Virus record (IMG/VR): IMGVR_UViG_3300047479_000092
Span: 1 to 29,680 of that record
Source: a virus
Lineage: Duplodnaviria > Caudoviricetes
DNA: 29,680 nt
Strand: one strand, 5' to 3'
Positions 7,086 to 14,919 of the stretch are shown one piece after another. Position 1 is the stretch's first letter. Each line of letters starts with the position of its first letter. Made by a program: the position numbers and the translations under genes. Below the pieces are notes generated by a model. It saw nothing but the letters and a program-made list of their open reading frames with translations, ran no database searches and was not told where the DNA came from.

Positions 7086-7508
7086 ATGACCACATCAGCC
7101 ACCCACCCCAGCCACAGCGCCCCGAAGTGCACCGCGTGCGCACACGTTCGCCCCGACCGCCGCGGCCAGCCGGCGTTCTGCATGCACCCGGCAGCCCCGG
7201 TCGACCTGGTGACGGGCCAGGCGATCACTCTTTGCGAGCACATGCGCAACGACGATGAGATCGCATGGATCGACTTCAACCTCTGTACTTCCTGCGGCCC
7301 ACAGGGTGCGCTATTTGCGCCCCGAGATGGCAGCGGCCACGGCCCGGATGGGGTTGGCCAGCTCGGCGACGCCGTCGGCCGTGTCCTGCCCCACGCAGGC
7401 GGCGATGAAGGCGCTCAGCAGCTCGGGATGAGCGGTGGAGTAGCCGACCCCGAACAGCCCATCGATCGCGAACCGGCCGTCCTTCAGGTAGCCAGCCACG
7501 GTGTTTGA
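7086..7508 (+). CDS. Cys-rich phage protein
   Basis: CTACAH...FCMHP...VDLVTG...LCEHMR...CGPQGALF; the C-terminal tail overlaps an antisense gene. Confidence 0.65.
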   Translation: MTTSATHPSHSAPKCTACAHVRPDRRGQPAFCMHPAAPVDLVTGQAITLCEHMRNDDEIAWIDFNLCTSCGPQGALFAPRDGSGHGPDGVGQLGDAVGRVLPHAGGDEGAQQLGMSGGVADPEQPIDREPAVLQVASHGV

Positions 7509-7541
7509 AGCACCGCTCAGTGTGATCGTCGTTTCAGTCAT
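7311..7541 (-). CDS. Small antisense-oriented phage protein (76 aa)
   Basis: Strong AAGGAGAGG RBS; AIDGLFGVGYSTAHPELLSAFIAA resembles a recurrent phage family. Confidence 0.6.
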   Translation of the reverse strand: MTETTITLSGASNTVAGYLKDGRFAIDGLFGVGYSTAHPELLSAFIAACVGQDTADGVAELANPIRAVAAAISGRK

Positions 7542-7606
7542 GACCTCTCCTTGCCTGCCGGGCCACAGCGGCCCAAAGGCATCGTAGGTCGATACGGAGA
7601 ACCTTG

Positions 7607-8128
7607 ATGCAGACGTCCAGACACCTCTCTTGCGCAGGTCAACCGGCCCGCGTGATCCCCATGCACCGCGGCTTCGTGCCTCGCACCTATGCGCTCGACC
7701 TGGTGTGGGAGAGCGGCGCGCGCTTCGTCGGCCACATCCGCGCCCTGACCCGCGAGGAGGCCGAAGACCGCGCCAGTGCACGCATGGGCGAGACGGTCTA
7801 CACGCTGGTGCGCAGCAGCACCCGGCCACTGCCGCTGAATGACCACAGCGAATTCAGCGACACGTTGCCGGTGCTGGCCGCATCCAGCGCCCTGGCCGAA
7901 ATGGCCAATGCCCTGCGCCGCAGCGAGGCGATGGCCGATGACCTGCCCGGTGACCCACCCGCGCCGACCGCCACGCAGCCGCGCCGCACGCACACCGCCA
8001 GCCATCTGATGAACGAGATGCGCGTACCGCTGCGCCGGCGCGACCTGGTGCTGGCCACCCTGGCCGTGGCCCTGAGCGCCGCCGCCATCGTGTTGTGGTC
8101 GATGCCGGCCACCCCCTGGGCGAGCTGA
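7607..8128 (+). CDS. Hypothetical protein with C-terminal transmembrane helix
   Basis: GGAGA RBS; LVLATLAVALSAAAIVLW hydrophobic segment. Confidence 0.65.
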   Translation: MQTSRHLSCAGQPARVIPMHRGFVPRTYALDLVWESGARFVGHIRALTREEAEDRASARMGETVYTLVRSSTRPLPLNDHSEFSDTLPVLAASSALAEMANALRRSEAMADDLPGDPPAPTATQPRRTHTASHLMNEMRVPLRRRDLVLATLAVALSAAAIVLWSMPATPWAS

Positions 8129-8142
8129 GGCCGGTGGACACC

Positions 8143-8655
8143 ATGTCGCACGCCACCCCGTCACACCTACTCACCGCCATATCGGCGCCGCTTGCGGCCT
8201 GGGCTCACCCAGAGCAGCACACCGCGCAAGGCGAGCTGCTGGCCAACGCCCCCCAGCTGCCAAGCCGCGCTGAGCGCCGCCGTGCCCAGCAAGGCGCTAC
8301 GCCGGCCAGCCTTGACGTGATCCGCATCACCGGTGAACTCGTCGCCGATGCCGTGGTGCGCTACCAGGCCGGCACCAGCGACACCACTGCCGGCCGCCGC
8401 GCCTGGCTGCAGGTGCGCCTCATGCTGCCAGGCGCCTTGTTCGTGATGGCAGCCGAAGAGCTGGGGGCAGACCCCGTTGCCCACCACACCGCGCACCAGC
8501 GCACCCACCACCTGCGCCGCGGCGTGCCCTGCACCATCTACGGCAAGGGCGCCATCGTCGTCACCCAGCACGGCGAGCAGGTGCTGCAGGTGCTGCTGCC
8601 CAAGGTGTTCATCAACACGACGCCCAGCCTGAACACCGCTGCGGCTGGAGGCTGA
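8143..8655 (+). CDS. Hypothetical protein, possible OB-fold (SSB-like)
   Basis: IRITGELVADAVVRY...LRRGVPCTIYG echoes SSB beta-strand motifs. Confidence 0.5.
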   Translation: MSHATPSHLLTAISAPLAAWAHPEQHTAQGELLANAPQLPSRAERRRAQQGATPASLDVIRITGELVADAVVRYQAGTSDTTAGRRAWLQVRLMLPGALFVMAAEELGADPVAHHTAHQRTHHLRRGVPCTIYGKGAIVVTQHGEQVLQVLLPKVFINTTPSLNTAAAGG

Positions 8656-8659
8656 CCCC

Positions 8660-9277
8660 ATGAGCGCCACCATGAATCACGGCCTTCCCAACCCCTTCAT
8701 CATCGGCCTGACCGGCCTGGCCGGTGCCGGCAAGGACACCGCGGCCGATCGCCTCTGTGCGGCCCACGGCTTCGAGCGCCATGCCTTCGCCGAGCCCATC
8801 CGCGACATGCTCACCGCGCTGCTGGTGAGCTGCGGCATCGACTACGGCCACTTGTTCGACCGCACGAAGAAAGAGCGGCCGCTGCCGCACCTGGACGTGA
8901 GCCCGCGCCGGCTCATGCAGACCCTGGGCACCGAGTGGGGCCGCCAGCAGCTCGACCCGCAGTTCTGGGTGCGCTGCACGGCCATGGCCTTGGGCCTGCA
9001 CGACCTGCCGCGCAGCGCCCCAGTGCACGACCGCATCGTCATCACCGACGTGCGCTTTGCCGAAGAGGCCGCGTGGATCAAGTCCTTCGGCGGCGTGATC
9101 GCCCGCATCGAGCGCGACGGCGCCGGCATCCCCGGTCAGCACGTCAGTGAGCTGCAGGCCCAGCACATCAAGGCCACCTGGCGCATCCAGAACAACAGCA
9201 CAGTCGACGCGCTGCACCAGCGCATCGACGACATGGCCGCCTACCTCCTGCCACAGCACAACAGCACCGCATCATGA
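8660..9277 (+). CDS. Deoxynucleoside monophosphate kinase (T4 gp1-like)
   Basis: P-loop GLAGAGKDT, FAEPIR, PRRLMQTLGTEWGR, VITDVRF. Confidence 0.92.
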   Translation: MSATMNHGLPNPFIIGLTGLAGAGKDTAADRLCAAHGFERHAFAEPIRDMLTALLVSCGIDYGHLFDRTKKERPLPHLDVSPRRLMQTLGTEWGRQQLDPQFWVRCTAMALGLHDLPRSAPVHDRIVITDVRFAEEAAWIKSFGGVIARIERDGAGIPGQHVSELQAQHIKATWRIQNNSTVDALHQRIDDMAAYLLPQHNSTAS

Positions 9278-11034
9278 GCACCGACAGCACCCTGCGCATT
9301 CCGTTCGAACGGCTGCACGACAGCCCCACCCAGCCGCGCACCGTCTACAACCCGACCAAGATGGCCGAGCTGGTCGCCAGCATCAAGACCCTGGGCGTGA
9401 TGCAGGACATCGTGGTGCGCCCCATCATCAACCGGCCTGACATCGGCGAGCCCGGCGACCACTTCGAGATCGTGTTCGGCCACCGGCGTCGGCGCGCGGC
9501 GGAGCTGGCCGGCGAGGCCGACATGCCCTGCCGCGTGCGCTCCATGAGCGACCTCGAAGTGGCCATGGCACAGCTCACGGAGAACATCAGCCGGGAGGAC
9601 ATGAGCTTCCTGGACACGGCCGACGCCTTCGCCCGCCTGGTGCGCGACCACGGCTTGACCGTCGAGCAGCTCATGGCGCAGTTCGGCCTGTCGCGATCGG
9701 CCGTTTACAACCTGCTCAAGTTGCGCAGCCTCACCGAGGCCTCACGCCTGGCGGTGGCCGAGCACAACATCGGCGTCGAGATCGCCACCCTGATTGCGCG
9801 CGTGCCCGCGCAGTTTCAGCCCACGGCCGTGCGCCGCGTGCTGCACACGCCCTACGGCGAGGACAAGCCGCTGCTGCTGAGCTACCGCGAGGCGCGCAAG
9901 GTGCTGGCCGGCGCGTACACGGTCAAGCTCAACCAGGAGGACGACGGCTTCAGCCCCTACGACCAGGCCCTCACGACCTGCGGTGCCTGCATCGGCTGCG
10001 GCAAGTACAGCGACAACGACCCGGCCCTGATGGGCGAGCTCGGTCCGGGCGTCTGCACGGACGTGCCGTGCCACACAGCCAAGGTCAAGGCTGCCCACCA
10101 GCGCCTGGTCGACGAAGCGCGCCAGTTCGGGCGGGTGATCGAAGGCGCGCGGGCCCTGGAGCTGACCGGCGGCATGGCACACCGCGTGCCCGTCGGCTAC
10201 GTCTGGGCCGACACCACCACACACCGCGAGGACAAAGGCAAGTACTGGGTGATCATCAGCTACGAGCAGGCCTGCCAGCGCCTCATGGACGCGAACATCG
10301 GCGCGCCGTCACGCACATTCATCGAGACCAACCCCGATACGCTGCGCGCGGCCTACACCACAGCCGAAGCCGCAGAGATCAACGCCGCCCTACGCGAGCT
10401 GCTCGGCCTGCCACCGGCGGCCGCTCCCGTGGCGAACACGCCATCCGCCGCTGCGCGTGCGCCCGAGGGGGGAAGGGGCGAGGATGACGAGGACCACCCT
10501 GATCAGGATCTTGAGGATGACGCGCAGTTCTCGCAGCCCGTAGCGCGATCGCCCGAAGCAGCCGCTGTGACGTGGCAATGGCCCTCGATCCTGCGCGCGA
10601 TCATGCGCAAGGCCCTGGTGGCGGAACGCAGCACGGATGACCTGCGCCTGGTCGTGGCCACACTGGCAGACCTGGGCGATGAACTGCCCGAGGCGGTCAT
10701 CGACGTGATGGGCTGGCGCGAAACGATCGATGCTGCCTGCCTGAGCTGGGGCGAGGACATCGACTGGCTTGTGGAGCAGTTGCCCGCGATGTCTGCCGAT
10801 CAGCTCGGCGCGCTGGCGGTGCTGATGGCCCTGGCACACGCCCCCGTCATCAGCGGGATGGGCAGCTTCGATCAACGCAAGATCGACCTGGCCACACGCT
10901 ACGGCGTGGACGTACTCGACCCCGAGAGCATGGGGAAACAACAGACTGACGAGGCCGGCCCTGCCGGCCAGGCGCACGGCGACGAGCTGGAGCGTGACCC
11001 CAACACTGCAGACATGTTCGAGGTGTCCCGGTGA
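9274..11034 (+). CDS. ParB/RepB/Spo0J family protein with Cys cluster
   Basis: SPTQPR, ELVASIKTLGVMQDIVVRP, EIVFGHRRRRAA, ENISRED, HTH, CGACIGC...CTDVPC. Confidence 0.9.
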   Translation: MSTDSTLRIPFERLHDSPTQPRTVYNPTKMAELVASIKTLGVMQDIVVRPIINRPDIGEPGDHFEIVFGHRRRRAAELAGEADMPCRVRSMSDLEVAMAQLTENISREDMSFLDTADAFARLVRDHGLTVEQLMAQFGLSRSAVYNLLKLRSLTEASRLAVAEHNIGVEIATLIARVPAQFQPTAVRRVLHTPYGEDKPLLLSYREARKVLAGAYTVKLNQEDDGFSPYDQALTTCGACIGCGKYSDNDPALMGELGPGVCTDVPCHTAKVKAAHQRLVDEARQFGRVIEGARALELTGGMAHRVPVGYVWADTTTHREDKGKYWVIISYEQACQRLMDANIGAPSRTFIETNPDTLRAAYTTAEAAEINAALRELLGLPPAAAPVANTPSAAARAPEGGRGEDDEDHPDQDLEDDAQFSQPVARSPEAAAVTWQWPSILRAIMRKALVAERSTDDLRLVVATLADLGDELPEAVIDVMGWRETIDAACLSWGEDIDWLVEQLPAMSADQLGALAVLMALAHAPVISGMGSFDQRKIDLATRYGVDVLDPESMGKQQTDEAGPAGQAHGDELERDPNTADMFEVSR

Positions 11035-11279
11035 GCAGAACCGCTGCCCCCACGAGGCGCCTGGCCCACAAGCTGCGCATCGAGCCCATCAGCGTGGGCC
11101 GCGACCATGCGGCCGCCATGCTGGGCATCGGACTGAGCACCTTCGCTGCCCACGTCAGCCGCGGCACGCTGCCCAAGCCGCGCCAAATCGGTGGGCGGGC
11201 GGTGTGGCTGGTGGAAGAACTGCGCGCCGCAGCGAATGCGCTGCCGGTCAGTGAACTGCTGCCGCCTGCTGCGGCGTGA
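11031..11279 (+). CDS. AlpA-family regulator / probable excisionase
   Basis: AAAMLGIGLSTF...GTLPKPRQIGGRAVW winged-helix pattern; near the integrase. Confidence 0.85.
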   Translation: MSRTAAPTRRLAHKLRIEPISVGRDHAAAMLGIGLSTFAAHVSRGTLPKPRQIGGRAVWLVEELRAAANALPVSELLPPAAA

Positions 11280-11283
11280 CGCC

Positions 11284-11670
11284 ATGCTCATCAGACGATT
11301 CCAAGCGTGGCGCATCACACCCCTGCGAGCCGGAGAGTTCAAGCGCACGCAGCGCCTTCGTACGGGGCTGGTACCGATGTTGATGCACAGACTGATGAGC
11401 GATGGCTCGATGGGGTTGATCCATCTGTCGATGCCATCCCGCAAAGATCCCCTGTGTGTTGCCGGAGACAACCTGGTGCGGTTCCGCCCTCCCGCCAGGA
11501 CGGCACCGTATCTCGGACCTTTTCACAGCGGGCCACTGCGGTGCGCCAGGATAGCCGATAGCGTCCGTGTGTTCTTCGACAACTCCAGGCCGTACCCCAG
11601 GGGCCGCCCACCCTGCTCAATTGCTGTGCATAGGCTTGAGGCGATGGGGTACGCTGAGTTTCCATTCTGA
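11284..11670 (+). CDS. Hypothetical protein (128 aa)
   Basis: ATG 4 bp after the alpA stop; ends 5 bp before attC; no recognisable motif. Confidence 0.4.
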   Translation: MLIRRFQAWRITPLRAGEFKRTQRLRTGLVPMLMHRLMSDGSMGLIHLSMPSRKDPLCVAGDNLVRFRPPARTAPYLGPFHSGPLRCARIADSVRVFFDNSRPYPRGRPPCSIAVHRLEAMGYAEFPF

Positions 11671-11675
11671 GCAAA

Positions 11676-11775
11676 GCGTAACTGCTGACATGAGCCGCCT
11701 TTGACGGCGGCAGAGAGGTGAATGATGGAACAGCCAAGTACGCCGGCAAAGGTCGGCTCGATGGACGAGTTAGGC
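11676..11775 (-). other. Integron attC site (100 bp)
   Basis: Minus strand GCCTAAC-TCGTC-CAT(C)GAGCCG(A)CCTTTGCCGGCG...CGCCGTCAAAGGCGGCTCATG-TCAGCA-GTTACGC: R'', L'', L', R' and two extrahelical bases. Confidence 0.85.
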
Positions 11776-12147
11776 CCGCTGCCGAAAGCAGACGGGGCAG
11801 CAGAAACCAACAAAGAGCGACACCCGGAAGGCGGATACACATTTGATGAGGTGGACGCATGGTCGGAGCCACTTGTGCGCGCCTACGCTGCCGCAGAAGT
11901 GGCACGAGCCGTTGCCGCAGAGCGCGAGCGGTGTGCAGTATTGGCAGAAACGTCTTATGCCGAACACACAGACGCAGTCCCAATCGCGCGCTTCATTGCG
12001 GTCCGTATTCGTGAGGCCCATGTAACCGCAGATATGGACATCATTGCAGAGCACAGCGGTAAAACAAAAGACCGCGAATGGCACAGCGTCGGATGCTGGC
12101 TGCGACCCGGCGAAGTGCTGGCGCACACGAGCAAGCCTAAGGCCTAA
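11722..12147 (+). CDS. Cassette B gene, phage-type hypothetical protein
   Basis: GAGAGG RBS and ATG inside the attC loop; AAERERCA motif common in phage accessory proteins; TAA stop inside the next core site. Confidence 0.7.
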   Translation: MMEQPSTPAKVGSMDELGPLPKADGAAETNKERHPEGGYTFDEVDAWSEPLVRAYAAAEVARAVAAERERCAVLAETSYAEHTDAVPIARFIAVRIREAHVTADMDIIAEHSGKTKDREWHSVGCWLRPGEVLAHTSKPKA

Positions 12148-12243
12148 CTGCAAAGGTATGCGGACCGCTACGGCGCCGACGACCTGAGCAAAGCAAACAA
12201 CTGCCCGCCGCCGTGGCGGGTCCGCATGACCGATAAGTTAGGC
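12142..12243 (-). other. Integron attC site (102 bp)
   Basis: Minus strand GCCTAAC-TTATC-GGT(C)ATGCGG(A)CCCGCCACGGCG...CGCCGTAGCGGTCCGCATACC-TTTGCA-GTTAGGC. Confidence 0.88.
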
Positions 12244-12265
12244 CTGTGGGCCGGAGAGGATGACG

Positions 12266-12604
12266 ATGCGAGCAACCATTGCAACGCCAGTCGGGTACTG
12301 GCTGGAATTTCGACCGGGGCGCGTGCTGCTGATGAGCCCGGATGAATTTGCCCGCGAGACCAATCGCGACGGCGCGTGCATCTGGGGACTATTTCCCGAG
12401 CCTCAACCAGGATGCAACAGCGGCCCCGCCGCTTACCGTGGCAACTACTGGCACGAGGCAAAACATTACAAGTACAACCAACGGATTGACCCAGACGCAC
12501 GCCCGGTGTTCCGAGGCCAGATGCTGCAGCGGCCCGACTGGATGGACGAGGAAGGCGACCTTCGCGGCGTACCTGGCCCGCTGCCAGAGCATGGGTGGGA
12601 TTGA
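12266..12604 (+). CDS. Cassette A gene, hypothetical protein
   Basis: GGAGAGG RBS (ATG at 12260 or 12266); the ORF fills the cassette and stops just before the core site at 12606. Confidence 0.65.
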   Translation: MRATIATPVGYWLEFRPGRVLLMSPDEFARETNRDGACIWGLFPEPQPGCNSGPAAYRGNYWHEAKHYKYNQRIDPDARPVFRGQMLQRPDWMDEEGDLRGVPGPLPEHGWD

Positions 12605-12605
12605 G

Positions 12606-12645
12606 GCCTAACTGTTATATCGACAGCAAAATTGATGCGTAATGT
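12606..12645 (-). other. attI-like site heading the cassette array
   Basis: Minus strand ATTACGCATCAATTTTGCTGTCGATATAACA-GTTAGGC: GTTRRRY core with no attC hairpin upstream. Confidence 0.6.
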
Positions 12646-12733
12646 CGGGCGCTATCTGACGCTGCAATGTATGAACGGCGCAAGTGCTTGATTTCATTGA
12701 GCCCCACTGCATACGCAGCAGCAATGATGCATA

Positions 12734-14037
12734 TCACCGTGCAGCAGCATCCTCCCACACCCGATCTAGTCGCGTGAGCCACTCCAGCCGCTCGGTGTCA
12801 TAGCCGTGGCGGTTGTAGACCGCCTCAACACCTGGCTGGATGTGCCCCAGTACAGATTCGGCTACATCTCCTGGGCATCCCAACACAGCAAGCTGCGTGC
12901 GCACAGTGCGGCGCAGATCGTGCGGCGCCCAGCCTGACACCGGCCAGCGCGGCCGCTCCAGCTCCGGCCGGCTCAGGCAGCCCGGCATGTGGTGCCATAC
13001 CGCCACGCCGATGACCTTCTGATGCACGTGCAAGGCCTGGCCGCGCTGCGGCGGGAACAGATGGCCAGCGCCGTGCACATCCCGCCTGGACAGCACGATG
13101 TCGGCAGCACGGCCGATCAACGGCACGCGCAGGTCGACGGCCAGCGGATGACGCGACATCTTGAGTTTGGCCTTGGGGATGGTCCACCACCAGGCGGCCT
13201 GGCTGTCCTTCGCGATCTCGCGGCCCTCCATGGCTACGATCTCGGCGCCACGGCAGCCAGTCCAGAGGTAGAGCGTCAGCAAGTCCGAGATCATGCGCGA
13301 CACATGCGGCAGGTGGCGCAGGATGGCCCCCACCTCGTCCACGCTGAGCACACGCTTGACGACGCCCTGGTGCTGGCCGCCCACGATCTTGCCGGCGCTG
13401 GACAGCTTGCCGCGCAGGATCTGCCGCCACCAGTTCTGTACGTCATCCGCCAGGCGGCCTGAGTCGTGGGCCCACTCCCAGATCGCGCCCAGATCGCGCC
13501 GCAGTGCAGACGCCTGCACGGGGATGTGGTGGTAGCGCCAGACCAAGTCGTATGCAATGGAGCGGGTGACATCTGCGGGGTGCAAGTCGCCCACCGTGCC
13601 CAGCATCGTGTCGCCGATGCGGCGCAGTTCGGCCAGACCCTTGGGCTTGCGGCGGCCGCTGCGTGGAGCGAGGCGTAGTCCTGGAACAGCTGGCGCACCG
13701 TCAGGCGCTGCTGTGGCGCCTGGCTGCGGCCGCTGCTGCCGACTGCGGCCGCAACAGCGCGCTGCTGCTGGCGTAGGGCGCGCCGCTCCTGCGCCGGATC
13801 GCGGCCGCCGTCGCGCAGGCCGCGCAGGCGCCCCCACTCGGTCAGCGCCTGGCCGAACGGCATCGAGGGCCACGTGCCCAGCTTGATCTGCCGCATGCGC
13901 TCGTCGACCGGCGACTTGTAGCGGTACACCCAGGCCCGGCCCGCGGTCGAGGCCACCAGGCGCAGCCCCGGTGCGCCATCGACCGTAACATGCGCGCCCG
14001 GCTGGAGCAGCTTGGCTGCCCGTGCATCGAATTGCAT
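12734..14037 (-). pseudogene. int: Phage tyrosine integrase with arm-binding domain, frameshifted near 13661
   Basis: N-terminal PGLRL...WVYRYKSP...QIKLGTWP in one frame; catalytic TGCR, HDLRRT, LGH and VYNRH in another. Confidence 0.88.
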
Positions 14038-14047
14038 TCATCCCCCT

Positions 14048-14331
14048 AACCTACGCCATGGCGTAAGTTGCCAAGGCTCAGGGGGTCAAATCCTACGCCG
14101 GAAGCTCAAATGCAGGCACCACGCATCCGGATGAATATGGACAACGCACAAGGGCGCTCATAGTGAAAGAGGCAGAAAACGGCAGCTCCCTGGCGGAACA
14201 CACGCCGATGATGCAGCAGCACTCTCCCGAGTGAGCGCAGCACCAGCACGGGCAAACCTACGCCAGGAGCTACGCCGAGTCGTCCAGGGGCGCGAACCCT
14301 GTGGCACGCCGCACGATGTGCGACCTACGCC
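14048..14331. other. attP: core 14199-14219 flanked by arm-type repeats
   Basis: Core CACACGCCGATGATGCAGCAG (HTPMMQQ); CTACGCC-type repeats at about 14048-57, 14060-69 (inverted, imperfect), 14089-99, 14255-64, 14268-76 and 14323-31. Confidence 0.8.
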
Positions 14332-14566
14332 GCCCGACCACAAGCGCCCACACGGCCGCCACCGCCAGCACCACGACCACCGGCACTGCCCAGCCCGGCA
14401 GCAGGCCGCGCCATGTCAGCGCAGCACTGCCGGCGCCGGCCAGCTCCCAGACGATTCCCAGCAGCGCCGGCAGGCTTAGCTCGGGGCCCTGCGTGCGCGC
14501 CAGCACGACGACACCGGCACAGATCAGCGTGATGCCGGACATGCCGGCGAGAGAGTCAAGCAGCAT
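14270..14566 (-). CDS. Three-TM membrane protein, possible lysis accessory
   Basis: Hydrophobic segments with a basic C-terminus; overlaps the upstream gene. Confidence 0.55.
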   Translation of the reverse strand: MLLDSLAGMSGITLICAGVVVLARTQGPELSLPALLGIVWELAGAGSAALTWRGLLPGWAVPVVVVLAVAAVWALVVGRRRSHIVRRATGFAPLDDSA

Positions 14567-14915
14567 CAGATTTTCTCCGAGCGACGGCCGCGAGCAGCGG
14601 CAGGATGGTCTGCGCACTGCCAGCTAGGGCGAGCGAAAGCACCCATTCCGGGAGAGCAGCGAGGGGGGCGAGCAGCTCGTAACGCGGGCCGATCGTCTGC
14701 ACAGCCGCCGAGCCGGCCAGGCCTACCGCTACGCTGCTCAGGTATGTGCCGAGCAGGGCGAGCACAGCCCGGGCCGACATCTCGGTGCGTGCCGCCGCCG
14801 CCCACACACTGAGCGCCGCGCCGATTACGGCGGCCACTACACCCAGTTCGGTGGGGGCGTAGGCCACGGCTGCAGCTGTGGCGCTGGCGGCGACAGGCGA
14901 TACTGATATTGCCAT
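14556..14915 (-). CDS. Putative holin
   Basis: About three TM segments, basic C-terminus, GAGG RBS, located after the tail genes. Confidence 0.55.
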   Translation of the reverse strand: MAISVSPVAASATAAAVAYAPTELGVVAAVIGAALSVWAAAARTEMSARAVLALLGTYLSSVAVGLAGSAAVQTIGPRYELLAPLAALPEWVLSLALAGSAQTILPLLAAVARRKSDAA

Positions 14916-14919
14916 ACCC

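Noticed and set aside
6702-7508. 268-aa ORF as one protein
   Set aside because: Artefact of the frameshift joining the YfiM-like N-terminus to the separate gene at 7086
11676-12612. Recurrent GCCTAAC/GTTAGGC as CRISPR repeats or IS ends
   Set aside because: Spacing of about 465 bp with whole genes between, no cas or transposase; the structure fits attC
12707-12721. Possible LexA box CTGCATACGCAGCAG
   Set aside because: Spacing is CTG-N9-CAG rather than N10, and it lies downstream of convergent genes
12734-14037. Integrase as an integron integrase (IntI)
   Set aside because: It has an N-terminal arm-binding domain and its own attP with arm repeats, and no recognisable IntI-specific motifs
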